Positions 1 through 9,364 of a DNA stretch of 64,000 bases are shown in pieces (position 1 is the first letter of the stretch; every line of letters begins with the position of its first letter). The position numbers and the translations under genes were made by a program. The stretch lies in assembly GCA_002309175.1 (NCBI GenBank), contig DBWX01000011.1, forward strand, positions 18,233 to 82,232, in the 5' to 3' direction. Source of the DNA: Ruminococcaceae bacterium UBA1227 (GTDB taxonomy: Bacteria; Bacillota; Clostridia; Oscillospirales; Acutalibacteraceae). Below the pieces are notes generated by a model that was given only the letters and a program-made list of their open reading frames with translations, made no database searches and was not told the origin of the DNA.

Positions 1-156
1 TGGGATAATGCCGCAGCCTGTTCCCAGGTCGACGCATCTGTCGCTCTTCTTCGGCTTTGAAAAATCGGCAAGGAGTATCGCATCCGTTCCGAAACCATGC
101 GTTTTGGAGCAGATAAGTCTTATTCCGTTGCCTAAGTTTTCGATGAATTCAGCCAT
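1..156 (-). CDS. SAM-dependent methyltransferase, N-terminal fragment (COG4123 / tRNA1(Val) m6A37 methyltransferase-like); continues past window start
   Basis: Hand translation from ATG at 154-156 on the minus strand gives MAEFIENLGNGIRLICSKTHGFGTDAILLADFSKPKKSDRCVDLGTGCGIIP, open to position 1. GGAGAA RBS upstream. VDLGTGxG is SAM-binding motif I. Absent from the ORF track because the window edge cuts it. Confidence 0.5.
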   Translation of the reverse strand, partial: MAEFIENLGNGIRLICSKTHGFGTDAILLADFSKPKKSDRCVDLGTGCGIIP

Positions 157-169
157 GTTTTTCTCCAAC

Positions 170-202
170 AAAAAAGACTTGGGGCGAACCCCAAGTCCTT
201 TT
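170..202 (-). terminator. Rho-independent terminator after ferredoxin gene
   Basis: GACTTGGGG-CGAA-CCCCAAGTC hairpin flanked by an A-run and a T-run, so it gives a U-tract on the minus strand. Confidence 0.6.
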
Positions 203-220
203 CGTCATTTCAGTTTGCGA

Positions 221-388
221 TTATGCCTGCTCAATTGCTCCTGTCGGGCAAGTGTCAGCACAAGAACCACAGTCGATGCATGTAGCAGCGTCGATTGAAT
301 AGATGTCGCCTTCAGAGATAGCCTCTACGGGGCAACCGTCTTTGCAAGAACCGCAAGCTACGCAAGAATCAGTAATTTTGTATGCCAT
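221..388 (-). CDS. 2x[4Fe-4S] clostridial-type ferredoxin (55 aa)
   Basis: Two CxxCxxCxxxCP motifs (CVACGSCKDGCP, CIDCGSCADTCP). AGGAGG RBS precedes the ATG at 388 (MAYKITD), which I prefer over the track start at 448. Confidence 0.9.
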   Translation of the reverse strand: MAYKITDSCVACGSCKDGCPVEAISEGDIYSIDAATCIDCGSCADTCPTGAIEQA

Positions 389-419
389 ACAATTTACCTC
401 CTTTAACGTTGGTAAATAC

Positions 420-448
420 ATTTTATACACAATATAGTGGTTTTGCAA
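420..448 (-). promoter_or_regulatory. sigma-A-like promoter for ferredoxin gene
   Basis: On the minus strand: TTGCAA (443-448), 17-nt spacer, TAAAAT (420-425), about 30 nt upstream of the start codon. Confidence 0.45.
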
Positions 449-520
449 GTGGGTTGCGCATATTTTAATGTTATTTTTTTGACAAAAAAGTATGGGTTTT
501 TAATTCAATTTTTTCCTTTG

Positions 521-2059
521 TTACAGGGCTTTCAGTATTTTTTCAACTGCCTCGTCAATGGTGCCGTTGTTCTCGATTTCCGCATCGGCCGCATCCTGGT
601 AGAGGGGCAGTCTTATTTTCTGCATTTCCATCAGTGTCTCAGGGCTCTTTGAAAGGGGCCTGTCATCTGTGGGAAGCAGGGAAATATCGCGGCGTATGAA
701 GAAAATCTTGCCGTTCTGGTGAAGGGCGGGGTAGTTGTTTCTGTCGAGTATTGCGCCTCCGCCGAGGGCGATTACCTTGCCGCTCTCCTTGCAGTTCTCG
801 AGGATGGCGGTGTGTTCGAGATTGCGGAAGGTTTCTTCGCCGTATTTGTTTATGATCTCGGCCACGCTCTTCTTCTGTTCGGATTCGATAACTTTATCAA
901 TGTCTATTACCTCACGTCCGGTGGCCTCGCCGATGGCCTCGGCAATAGTTGTCTTGCCGCAGCCGGGCATGCCGGTGAGGATGATGTTTTCGTTCTGCTT
1001 GTAGAGCATGGTTGTAACATCCTCAACGGTCGCGTTTATCATATTGCGGTCGAAGAAGAGGTTGTAGCTCTCGCGCGCCTGGGCGACGAGCATGGAAAGA
1101 CCGCCTACATGCGGGATTCCGAGCTCCTCGGCCTCGAGGAGAAGGGCGGTGCGGAGAGGGTTGTAGATAACATCTATGACTGCACAGCAGCGCGGGAAAC
1201 TCTTGAGTGATACGAGTTTTTCCAGGTTGTCGGGGTACATGCCGACGGGTGTCGCGTTTACGACTATCTCGGCATCGAAGTGTATGGCAAGGGCCTCGTA
1301 GTCGTTGAAGCCCTCACGTGAGAGGATGACTATTTCACGGGCACCGAGATCCTCAAGTGCGCAGCGTGCTGCCTTCGAGGTGCCTCCGTTTCCGAGGATG
1401 ATACATTTTTTGCCCGCGATGTTTATGTTCGCGCGCTCAACCATGTATTTGAAACCGGCTATGTCGGTGTTGTAGGCATGGAGTTTGCCCTTCTTCATTA
1501 CGACCGTATTGGCTGCGCCTATGCGGAGGACGTCGTCGGAGAGTTCCTGACAGAAGGCGAGGATGGCGGTCTTGTACGGCATGGTTACGTTGAGACCGGC
1601 AATGTCCGAGCGAGATATGAAAGTCTCGAGTTCCTCCGGGTCAACGTCAAGGAGCCTGTAGTCATAGGCTACGCGGCCGCGCAGACCGAGTTCCTTGTGA
1701 ATCTGCTCGGAGTAACTGTGCCCGAGGTGCTGGCCGAGGAGACCGTATACGCCGGGCATCTGTACTACCTTGCGCTTTTCGTCCTCGTTATATGCCTTTA
1801 CCCAGTGCTCCTGGTAGTCCTTTGACAACTCGAGCATTGCGCGGAAAAGAGCGGTTGAATAGGTTGAAAATTCACCGCTGCACTCTGCGACGTGCTCCAC
1901 AATCTCGTATTCTCTCTGCGTATCCTCGACGGGCATGTTGCGCTCAGCCTTGTACTCGGCAACCTGCTCGGAGAGTTTCATACGCTCAAGAAAGCGGGAG
2001 AGTATGTCGTCATCAATTCTGTCAATGCGGGCTCTCACTTCATCTAAGTTTTCAATCAT
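521..2059 (-). CDS. Trifunctional fusion: chorismate mutase (AroQ type) / shikimate dehydrogenase / shikimate kinase
   Basis: N-terminal RIDRIDDDILSRFLERMKLSEQVAEYK (AroQ chorismate mutase helix). Central GLLGQHLGHSYSEQIH, NVTMPYK and NTDIAGF (AroE). C-terminal P-loop GMPGCGKTT (AroK). Confidence 0.85.
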   Translation of the reverse strand: MIENLDEVRARIDRIDDDILSRFLERMKLSEQVAEYKAERNMPVEDTQREYEIVEHVAECSGEFSTYSTALFRAMLELSKDYQEHWVKAYNEDEKRKVVQMPGVYGLLGQHLGHSYSEQIHKELGLRGRVAYDYRLLDVDPEELETFISRSDIAGLNVTMPYKTAILAFCQELSDDVLRIGAANTVVMKKGKLHAYNTDIAGFKYMVERANINIAGKKCIILGNGGTSKAARCALEDLGAREIVILSREGFNDYEALAIHFDAEIVVNATPVGMYPDNLEKLVSLKSFPRCCAVIDVIYNPLRTALLLEAEELGIPHVGGLSMLVAQARESYNLFFDRNMINATVEDVTTMLYKQNENIILTGMPGCGKTTIAEAIGEATGREVIDIDKVIESEQKKSVAEIINKYGEETFRNLEHTAILENCKESGKVIALGGGAILDRNNYPALHQNGKIFFIRRDISLLPTDDRPLSKSPETLMEMQKIRLPLYQDAADAEIENNGTIDEAVEKILKAL

Positions 2060-3027
2060 AGTCTGTTCTCCTCACTAAGGATTTCAAGGATGACAATGGC
2101 CGCTGCCGCTTCAACCGCGGGCAGAGCGCGCGGTACCACGCAGGGGTCATGCCGTCCTTTTACGGTGATTGTTGTTTCTTCATTTGTCTTTAAGTTTACC
2201 GTCTGCTGCGGGATGGCTATCGACGGTGTTGGCTTGAATGCCACTCTGAATGTCACGGGCATTCCCGTTGATATTCCGCCGAGGATTCCTCCGCAGTTGT
2301 TTGTTTTTGTGATGACCCTGCCGTCTTCAATGGCGAAGGGGTCATTTGACTCCGAGCCCTTCATGGCAGCCGCGGCAAAGCCTGCGCCGAATTCCACGCC
2401 TTTTACGGCGGGGATGGCGAAGAGGGCGGAGGCGAGTCTCGATTCGAGACCTCCGTCGAAAGGTCCGCCGACACCGGCGGGGAGGCCGCGGATTTCGGCC
2501 TTTACAATGCCGCCCACGGAGTCGCCTTCGGCTTTGGCGTGCTCTGCATCACCCATGGCGTCTATGACGGCGGTTATGGTGATGCCGCGCTCTTCAAGCG
2601 CCTGGAGGCAGATGCCTCCGAGCACGCAGAGAGGGGCCGTGAGGCGGCCTGAAAACTGTCCTCCGCCTGCGCTCTCGCAGTTTTCACCGTATTTTACGAA
2701 TGCGGTGTAGTCCGCGTGTCCGGGGCGAGGGGTGTACTTCAGGTCCTCGTAGTCCTTCTTGTTTGCGTCCTCATTCTTTATGACGGCTTCAAGCATTTCG
2801 CCCGTGGTGACGAGCGTGTCACTGTCCTTTTTTGCCACACCGGAGCGAAACTCCGGTATGTCGCTTTCCTTTCTGGCGGACACGCCGTCGGATGTGCCCG
2901 GGCGTCTTCTGTCAAGAAAATGCTGAAGTTTTGAAATGCTGAACTCTTCACCGGCGATGAAGTCCTGCGCTCTGACGCCGACCTCAGGGCCGTGTGAGGT
3001 TCCGAAATATACGATGTTAAATGACAC
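2056..3027 (-). CDS. aroC: Chorismate synthase
   Basis: GTSHGP, RPGHADY, GGGQFSGRLTA and KGRHDPCVVPRA motifs. Overlaps both neighbouring aro genes by a few nt. Confidence 0.85.
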   Translation of the reverse strand: MSFNIVYFGTSHGPEVGVRAQDFIAGEEFSISKLQHFLDRRRPGTSDGVSARKESDIPEFRSGVAKKDSDTLVTTGEMLEAVIKNEDANKKDYEDLKYTPRPGHADYTAFVKYGENCESAGGGQFSGRLTAPLCVLGGICLQALEERGITITAVIDAMGDAEHAKAEGDSVGGIVKAEIRGLPAGVGGPFDGGLESRLASALFAIPAVKGVEFGAGFAAAAMKGSESNDPFAIEDGRVITKTNNCGGILGGISTGMPVTFRVAFKPTPSIAIPQQTVNLKTNEETTITVKGRHDPCVVPRALPAVEAAAAIVILEILSEENRL

Positions 3028-4270
3028 TTATCTTACCTCCGAGGTTCTCTATGTCCCTGAAGAAGGAGGGATAAGACTTGTCGACTGCCCTGGCTTCGTT
3101 GATTATGACAGGCTGAGTGCACCTTGTCGATGCAATTGTCGCCGCCATTACAATGCGGTGATCACCGAAGGATTCTACGGTGCCTCCGGTCAGGGGCTTC
3201 GGCCATATGATGATACCGTCGGCCGTGTCCTCCGCTCTGCCTCCGAGCGAGTTTATCATGGCGCAGACTGAGGTCAGTCTGTCGCTCTCCTTCAGGCGGA
3301 GGCGCGCTGCGCCCGTGAAGGTTGTCATGCCGTCGGCAAAGGCTGCCGCGACGGACAGGGCGGGGAGAAGGTCGGGCGTGTTTACGAGATCGATCTCATA
3401 ATTCTTGACACCGCGTATGTTCTCTCCTTCAATCTCCGCGGTGTAGAGGCTCAAAAAGTCCAGTATGCTCTTGTCACGCTGGAGCGAGTTGAAGCGGAGA
3501 TTGTTTATCGTTACGTCGTTTCCGAGGAAGTTTGCAACATAGAAGAAGGCGGCATTTGACCAGTCACCTTCAATGGTCAGTGTGCCGGGTGAGATTAATC
3601 CGTCGCCCTTCTTTACAATTGAGAAGAGGCCTTCTTTCGGCGAGACCGTCGCAATGCCGAAGTCGGCGAGGGCCTTTATCGTGAGCTCGACATAGCCGTG
3701 TGAGAGAAGAGGAGTCGTGAGTTTTATTGAAGACTTCTCCTCAAAGAGCGGGAGAGCGAGCAGAAGGCCCGAGACATACTGTGAACTCAGGTCGCCCGTG
3801 ACTTCAAATGTTCCGGGCTGCAGTCTGCCGGTCGCAGTAAAGGGCAGGGTGTCGGATGAGAATGAAACCCCGTGCGATTCAAGTGCATTCTTGAGACTGC
3901 CTATGGGGCGCTCGGTCAGACGATCGTTTCCTTTGAAGGTCACTTTGTCGCAGAGCGCCGTGGCGACCGGCATGAGAAAACGGAGGGTCGAACCGCTCTC
4001 CTTACAGTCTAATACGGGATGGTCCGCGACCTCCTTTATGGGGGTCACGAAAACTTCGGAACTGTCCACATCTATACCGGCGCCGAGCGCGCGGAGGCAG
4101 TCGATTGTCGCTTTCACGTCGTTTGAAAGCGAGTCAGTCGGATTGCCGAGCGTGAGTCTGCAAGGCGCGTCAGCGAGCGCGGCACAGATAAGCACCCGGT
4201 GAAGTTCCGATTTCGAATTTATTGCATTAACTTCTCCGCAGAGGGGAGAAGGGGTAATTTCGAGAATCAT
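3017..4270 (-). CDS. aroA: 3-phosphoshikimate 1-carboxyvinyltransferase (EPSP synthase)
   Basis: 417 aa. KESGSTLRFL, LKESDRL and GDHRIVMA motifs. Sits inside the aro operon. Confidence 0.9.
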   Translation of the reverse strand: MILEITPSPLCGEVNAINSKSELHRVLICAALADAPCRLTLGNPTDSLSNDVKATIDCLRALGAGIDVDSSEVFVTPIKEVADHPVLDCKESGSTLRFLMPVATALCDKVTFKGNDRLTERPIGSLKNALESHGVSFSSDTLPFTATGRLQPGTFEVTGDLSSQYVSGLLLALPLFEEKSSIKLTTPLLSHGYVELTIKALADFGIATVSPKEGLFSIVKKGDGLISPGTLTIEGDWSNAAFFYVANFLGNDVTINNLRFNSLQRDKSILDFLSLYTAEIEGENIRGVKNYEIDLVNTPDLLPALSVAAAFADGMTTFTGAARLRLKESDRLTSVCAMINSLGGRAEDTADGIIIWPKPLTGGTVESFGDHRIVMAATIASTRCTQPVIINEARAVDKSYPSFFRDIENLGGKISVI

Positions 4271-5320
4271 TTATTTCACTCCAAGGCAGAGTATATTATG
4301 AAGGTCTGAAACGGGCAGTGTAATAAGTTTGCATTGACCCGGCTTTTCCGGGAAGATCAGGTCTATCTCAGAACCCCTGCGCTTTTTGTCCGATAGCGCG
4401 GAGTTTTCAAGGTCATCGGGGGAGATTATGGTGTCCGTCGGCAGGGCGCATGCCCTGACGAGTTCTTCGAGCGCGGCCGCCGTGCCGGCTTCGGTATAGC
4501 CGAGCTTTTCGCCCGCGCGGGCCATGGCGCACATGCCGGTTGCCACTGCTGCGCCGTGGCGGACGGCATATCGTGAGGCGTGCTCAATGGCATGGCCTAT
4601 TGTGTGGCCGAAGTTTAAGTATTTGCGGCGGCCGTTGTCAAAAAAGTCCTCTTCTACGAAAGAGAGCTTCGTCCTTACGGACTCGGTGACAAGGTCATCC
4701 ATGACGGGTTTTAATGAGTCTCTCATATTTTCCGAGGCGATTCTTTCAGTGAGAAGTTTCATTATCTTCTCATTGCCGAGCATCGCGTATTTTATCACTT
4801 CGGCAAGACCGTCGCCGAAGTATTTATCTTCAAGTGTGTCAAGTGTGTCCGTGTCCGCGATTACGCAGAGCGGTTTTCTGAAAGCTCCGCAGAGATTCTT
4901 GCCAGCGTCGAGGTCGATTCCCGTCTTTCCTCCGACGGAGGAGTCGACCATCGAGAGGAGGGTCGTCGGAAGCTGGACATAGTCTATGCCGCGCATATAT
5001 GTCGCGGCTGCAAAACCCGTGAGGTCGCCGACGACGCCTCCGCCTAAGGCGACGGCTATGTCGGAGCGGGTTATCTCGCCGTCAGCGAGGAAGTTTACGA
5101 TCTTTTCATATGTCTCAAAGTTCTTTGACTGCTCTCCGGCCTCGAAGGCGAAGATCAAAGGCTCAAAGCCCGCGGCTTTGAGTGAGTCGGCAACTGTCGT
5201 GACATAGAGGGCACCGACCGTGTAATCTGTGACCAGTGCCGCACGGCAGGGCTTATGGGCGGCGAGTATTACATCGCCGCAGTTTTTTAAAAGTCCGCTG
5301 CCAATGTGGATGTCCTTCAT
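4271..5320 (-). CDS. aroB: 3-dehydroquinate synthase
   Basis: [20 protein letters not shown] nucleotide-binding motif and [11 protein letters not shown] metal site. Stop abuts the aroA start. Confidence 0.9.
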   Translation of the reverse strand: MKDIHIGSGLLKNCGDVILAAHKPCRAALVTDYTVGALYVTTVADSLKAAGFEPLIFAFEAGEQSKNFETYEKIVNFLADGEITRSDIAVALGGGVVGDLTGFAAATYMRGIDYVQLPTTLLSMVDSSVGGKTGIDLDAGKNLCGAFRKPLCVIADTDTLDTLEDKYFGDGLAEVIKYAMLGNEKIMKLLTERIASENMRDSLKPVMDDLVTESVRTKLSFVEEDFFDNGRRKYLNFGHTIGHAIEHASRYAVRHGAAVATGMCAMARAGEKLGYTEAGTAAALEELVRACALPTDTIISPDDLENSALSDKKRRGSEIDLIFPEKPGQCKLITLPVSDLHNILCLGVK

Positions 5321-6123
5321 TTTACGGCCGCCTTAACCTTCTGAGCTTTTTTGACAATTGATTCAAACTTATCCGGCTTTAAGGCCTGCTCCGCGTCGCA
5401 GAGGGCCTCAACCGGTCTGTCGTGTACTTCTATTATGAGTCCGTCTGCGCCTGCGGCGACAGCCGCGAGAGAGAGGGGCTCTATGAGTTCGTATCTGCCT
5501 GCCGGGTGTGAGGGGTCAGCGATTACCGGCAGGTGAGTAAGTGTCTTGAGTGAGGGGACGGAACTTACGTCGAAGGTGAATCTCGTGTAAGTTTCAAAGG
5601 TGCGTATACCGCGTTCGCAGAGGATGACGCGCTCGTTGCCGGCAGCCATTATGTGCTCGGCTGAGGAGAGTACCTCCTCATATGTGCATCCGAAGCCGCG
5701 CTTTAAGAGAATCGGCTGCGGCACCTTGCCGAGCGCGTGCAGCAGACCGAAGTTCTGCATGTTCTTTGCGCCGACCTGGATAATGTCAATATCCCTGAAA
5801 AGGTCGAGCTGTGTCTCGTCGGTTATCTCCGAGACGGTGGGAAGTCCCGCTTCGCGCCCCGCCTTTATCAGATACTCAAGGCCTTCGGCCTCGAGTCCCT
5901 GGAAGGTGTAGGGCGAGGTGCGCGGTTTGAAAGCTCCGCCGCGCAGCATTGTGGCGCCGGCGGCTTTCACGGCCTTCGCTATACGCACTATCTGGTCCTC
6001 TGACTCTATCGAGCAGGGACCGGCAATCAGCGCGAGGCCGCCGTCGCCTATAGCGGCTCCGCCGACTTCGATTATTGTATTTTCAGGATGATATTCACGT
6101 GATGTCAGATGAAAATCAGCCAT
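5317..6123 (-). CDS. aroF: 3-deoxy-7-phosphoheptulonate (DAHP) synthase, type I-beta
   Basis: [22 protein letters not shown] and IADPSH motifs. 4-nt overlap with aroB. Confidence 0.9.
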   Translation of the reverse strand: MADFHLTSREYHPENTIIEVGGAAIGDGGLALIAGPCSIESEDQIVRIAKAVKAAGATMLRGGAFKPRTSPYTFQGLEAEGLEYLIKAGREAGLPTVSEITDETQLDLFRDIDIIQVGAKNMQNFGLLHALGKVPQPILLKRGFGCTYEEVLSSAEHIMAAGNERVILCERGIRTFETYTRFTFDVSSVPSLKTLTHLPVIADPSHPAGRYELIEPLSLAAVAAGADGLIIEVHDRPVEALCDAEQALKPDKFESIVKKAQKVKAAVK

Positions 6124-6739
6124 TGAATTTTCCTTCTTCCGCTGAGATACTCAGGATATTGTCCTGTATCAGCCATACGCCGAATATGACGAGGAGGATA
6201 CAGTGCCCGAGTATCAGCAATTTATATGTTGATGAATCAAGGTATGGTGAGATTACGAAAGAGTCCGCGTAGACTTTCACTGCGGCAAACAGCAGATGCA
6301 GCGACAGTGACAGGTCCAGGGACCGCGTCTTTAAGAACAGTCCGACCGAAATCAGTCCGAGACCGAGCGCAAAGAGCAGGTTTAAACCGAAACCGTCGAT
6401 GATGTTTGCCATGGTGAATCCGGCTATAATGGGGAAGAGTTCAGAGTAGGTAATCTTGTCCTCCGAAGGACTCTTAAAAAAACTTATGCCTGCGCCGACA
6501 ATCAGGAACTGCATCCAGATTGCCGTGAAGATGGCATAGAGCGCCCGTTCCAGAAAGATTCCGAAGGGGAGCGTCAGGTCAGTCTCGCCCCTCTCTATGA
6601 GCCAGAGCAGAAGGACCGGCACAAGGCAGATGAAGAAGACCGGATTGTCACTCTCGGGCTCGGCGGGCGCGGTATTTGTTTTTTTGTAAAGGATAAATGC
6701 CGCAATCGCAAGCACGATTGAAACAATCAGCTTAATCAT
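6116..6739 (-). CDS. Hypothetical polytopic membrane protein (about 6 TM)
   Basis: Hydrophobic segments throughout. 8-nt overlap with the DAHP synthase start. No family recognised. Confidence 0.6.
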   Translation of the reverse strand: MIKLIVSIVLAIAAFILYKKTNTAPAEPESDNPVFFICLVPVLLLWLIERGETDLTLPFGIFLERALYAIFTAIWMQFLIVGAGISFFKSPSEDKITYSELFPIIAGFTMANIIDGFGLNLLFALGLGLISVGLFLKTRSLDLSLSLHLLFAAVKVYADSFVISPYLDSSTYKLLILGHCILLVIFGVWLIQDNILSISAEEGKFNG

Positions 6740-6751
6740 TTCTTAACTGTC

Positions 6752-7207
6752 TTATTTCTCCTGTAAAAGCTTTGAGACTTCCTCAACGAATGTGCTGACG
6801 TCTTTGAACTGTCTGTATACTGAGGCGAAGCGTACATAGGCAACCTCGTCGATATCCTTGAGTTTTGCCATACAGAGTTCGCCGATCTTGTCGGATGTAA
6901 CTTCCCTGTCAAGGGAGTTCTGAAGCTGAGCCTCAATGTCTGTTACGGCATCTTCGATTGTCTGGAGGGATACGGGACGTTTCTCACAGGCACGGAGGAT
7001 ACCGGCCATAAGCTTGTTCCTGTCAAACTGCTCGCGCGACTTGTCCTTCTTCACAACAATGAGGGGAACATTCTCGATGACCTCGTAGGTTGTGAAGCGC
7101 TTTCCGCACTTAATACACTCACGGCGGCGGCGAATGCGCTCGCCCTCGTCAGTCGGACGGGAATCAATTACTTTACTTTCTTCGAATCCGCAAAATGGAC
7201 ATTTCAT
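6752..7207 (-). CDS. nrdR: Transcriptional repressor NrdR
   Basis: MKCPFCG...[12 protein letters not shown] zinc ribbon plus ATP-cone. I prefer the ATG at 7207 to the TTG at 7219 used by the track. Confidence 0.9.
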   Translation of the reverse strand: MKCPFCGFEESKVIDSRPTDEGERIRRRRECIKCGKRFTTYEVIENVPLIVVKKDKSREQFDRNKLMAGILRACEKRPVSLQTIEDAVTDIEAQLQNSLDREVTSDKIGELCMAKLKDIDEVAYVRFASVYRQFKDVSTFVEEVSKLLQEK

Positions 7208-7355
7208 TTTCTGCACCAACCCATCTTAATTACTTATATATTTTGTATATAAAAATATATAGATACACAAATTATAGCATTAAAGCCATTTAACTGCAAT
7301 ATAAATTGTATATAATGACCAAAAAGGCGTTTCGATTTGTAAATAATTTTTTCCA

Positions 7356-7384
7356 TTGCCTTTATACTCCAAAAAATGTATAAT
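7356..7384 (+). promoter_or_regulatory. sigma-A-like promoter for tRNA-Ser
   Basis: TTGCCT (7356-7361), 17-nt spacer, TATAAT (7379-7384), 30 nt upstream of the tRNA 5' end. Confidence 0.45.
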
Positions 7385-7413
7385 AAACGGGCGCCGAAAA
7401 AAGCGCAGTCTTT

Positions 7414-7506
7414 GGAGAGTTGTCCGAGCTGGCCGAAGGAGCACGATTGGAAATCGTGTAGACGGTTAAAGCTGTCTCGAGGGTTCGAATCCCTTGCTCT
7501 CCGCCA
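7414..7506 (+). tRNA. tRNA-Ser(GGA), CCA encoded
   Basis: Cloverleaf folded by hand. Acceptor GGAGAGT/GCTCTCC, anticodon stem CACGA/TCGTG with loop TTGGAAA, long variable arm, T arm GAGGG-TTCGAAT-CCCTT, discriminator G + CCA. Confidence 0.93.
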
Positions 7507-7510
7507 CGAA

Positions 7511-7537
7511 GAACCGGCCGAAGCGCCGGTTCTTTTT
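7511..7537 (+). terminator. Rho-independent terminator after tRNA-Ser
   Basis: GAACCGGC-CGAAGC-GCCGGTTC hairpin followed by TTTTT. Confidence 0.7.
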
Positions 7538-7551
7538 CTTTGGAGGTACAC

Positions 7552-8325
7552 ATGGCAAATAAGATACTCTTCCTCGGTACCGGAGCCAATGACTGGCTCA
7601 TTGAAAAACGCATGCCCGGTACTTATTTCCGCCGCTATACGGCAGCGCTTGTAAACGGGGAACTGCTTATAGACTGCGGACCGCATATCTATGACTATGT
7701 CGAGGAGTGCGGAGACCCGCATCTGCTGGACAATGTAAAAACCGTCGTCATCACTCACCGCCATTCAGACCACTTCTCTCCGGCGAGCCTTATGAGGCTT
7801 GCGAGAAACCATGGTTTTGATATTGTCTGTGACGATTTCTGCTTTGAGCAGATTCCCGACAAGACGGGTATAAACCGTGTACAGGTTCCGCTCTACAAAA
7901 AGACGGCGATAGGCGGGTACAGGTTCATTGCACTGCCGGCGAACCACGACGTTCGCGGAGCGGGCAAGGACGCGCGTCACTTTGTCATTACGATGCCGGA
8001 CGGCAAAGAACTCTACTACGGTCTTGACGGCACCTGGTTCACCACGTCCGAGTGGCTCGTTTTAAAGAAGCATAAGTGCGATCTCATGGTCTTTGACTGC
8101 ACGATAGGCAGGAAAAAGGATGCCAGGGTATTTGAGCACAACAATGTCTCGATGGTACGCATGATGGCGAAGCAGGTGAGAAAGAAAGATGTGCTGGCTC
8201 CGGGCGGAAAGATCGTAGCTTCGCACTTTTCAAGGAAACTCATGCCTTCGCATTTCAACACTAAACTCTGGCTCGGCCTTTTCGGCATAAAGGCTGCCGA
8301 AGACGGCATGGAAATCGAATTTTAA
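7552..8325 (+). CDS. MBL-fold metallo-hydrolase
   Basis: HxHxDH motif (THRHSDHF). GGAGG RBS precedes the ATG at 7552 (MANKILFLG), preferred over the TTG at 7540. Confidence 0.75.
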   Translation: MANKILFLGTGANDWLIEKRMPGTYFRRYTAALVNGELLIDCGPHIYDYVEECGDPHLLDNVKTVVITHRHSDHFSPASLMRLARNHGFDIVCDDFCFEQIPDKTGINRVQVPLYKKTAIGGYRFIALPANHDVRGAGKDARHFVITMPDGKELYYGLDGTWFTTSEWLVLKKHKCDLMVFDCTIGRKKDARVFEHNNVSMVRMMAKQVRKKDVLAPGGKIVASHFSRKLMPSHFNTKLWLGLFGIKAAEDGMEIEF

Positions 8326-8330
8326 ACAGG

Positions 8331-8361
8331 AAAAGGACCTCCCGGCGGGAGGTCCTTTTTT
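8331..8361. terminator. Bidirectional terminator between convergent genes
   Basis: AAAA-GGACCTCCC-GGC-GGGAGGTCC-TTTTTT. Confidence 0.7.
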
Positions 8362-8376
8362 CTGCTTTATTAAGTT

Positions 8377-9132
8377 TTATGCATCGACCGTCTCGGTTGT
8401 TACCTCGGAGCTTTTCTCGCGATTGAGGGCAAAGCCGGAGAAGGAATCGATGTCGCGCTGTTCGTTTATTGCGCGGTAGCAGTCGTAGTATTCAAATGCG
8501 GAATCCATGCAGAAACGTGAGAGACAGATTTTACCACCATGACCCTGCCACTGACGGAAGTCAATCTGAGGATCGAAGATATAGTTTTCACCGTCGAGAA
8601 CGATGATGGCCCAGGTGTGAGGGCCGCCTGCATAGTATCCCTGGACAGTGTAGCACTCAAAACCGATGGCACGCATCATTACCATGAATGCGGCGGAAAA
8701 CTCGGTGCATGTGCCGTGTCCCGTTGTGAGAATTCCCTTTGCGCGGCCTACGTTTCTGTTGTCGTAGTCGCTGGCATAAGAGACCTCAGAGGGTATGTAT
8801 GAGCCGTAGTAGGAGAATTTGGTCTCCATATACTTGTAGACTTCAAGTACCTTCTCATAGTTCGACATGGACTCGTTGATGAGCTTGCCGAGTATTTCGG
8901 ATACCTGTTCGTCCAGTTCCTTGTCGTTTGTAACCATAGGGTTCAGCTCTGCCGCATTGAGGAGAGCTTCCTCCCTGATGTTGTATTTAACTACATCGTT
9001 AGGGTTAGTAATTTTCTCTACAACTGCTTCTTTTTCAAGCGAAGCTGCGCGTGTGACTGTCTCTGTCGCAACTTCTGCGCTGCTGCTTCTTGCCTGGATG
9101 GCAACGACGGAAAATGCCGTAACTACGAGCAT
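8377..9132 (-). CDS. Secreted transglutaminase-like cysteine peptidase-fold protein
   Basis: GHGTCTEFSAAFMVMMRAIG ... PHTWAIIVLDG ... FDPQ matches the Cys-His-Asp transglutaminase core. Hydrophobic N-terminus. The true start may lie upstream, since an in-frame KSRLIASI precedes the ATG but has no canonical start codon. Confidence 0.65.
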   Translation of the reverse strand: MLVVTAFSVVAIQARSSSAEVATETVTRAASLEKEAVVEKITNPNDVVKYNIREEALLNAAELNPMVTNDKELDEQVSEILGKLINESMSNYEKVLEVYKYMETKFSYYGSYIPSEVSYASDYDNRNVGRAKGILTTGHGTCTEFSAAFMVMMRAIGFECYTVQGYYAGGPHTWAIIVLDGENYIFDPQIDFRQWQGHGGKICLSRFCMDSAFEYYDCYRAINEQRDIDSFSGFALNREKSSEVTTETVDA

Positions 9133-9195
9133 TATCGAAGCAATCAGTCTTGATTTGAGTTTGTAAATAGTAACACTTCCTAATTTGTAATTTGT

Positions 9196-9212
9196 TGTAA
9201 CCGTTTTGTAAC
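9196..9212 (+). promoter_or_regulatory. Candidate OmpR/WalR-type response-regulator site TGTAAC-N5-TGTAAC
   Basis: Exact direct repeat TGTAAC CGTTT TGTAAC. Further TGTAAA, TGTAAT and an inverted GTTACA lie within 9162-9252. Confidence 0.25.
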
Positions 9213-9364
9213 TTTTCGGTCAACGGGGAGTATATTAACAGAAAAAGTTACAAATTGCAACCTTTTTTTCGGAAAATTGAGAAAAATCCATTGTTTCAAT
9301 TAGGTATTTATATGCTATACTTTTACTTGTATATAATATTGATTCCCAAGGAGGCGACGTTTTT

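Noticed and set aside
8-298. 96-aa plus-strand ORF at the window start
   Set aside because: It overlaps the minus-strand methyltransferase fragment, a terminator and the ferredoxin gene, all of which are better supported.
7234-7764. 176-aa minus-strand ORF spanning the intergenic region, tRNA-Ser and the start of the MBL gene
   Set aside because: It runs through a bona fide tRNA, a terminator and a coding start on the other strand, so it is not plausible as a gene.
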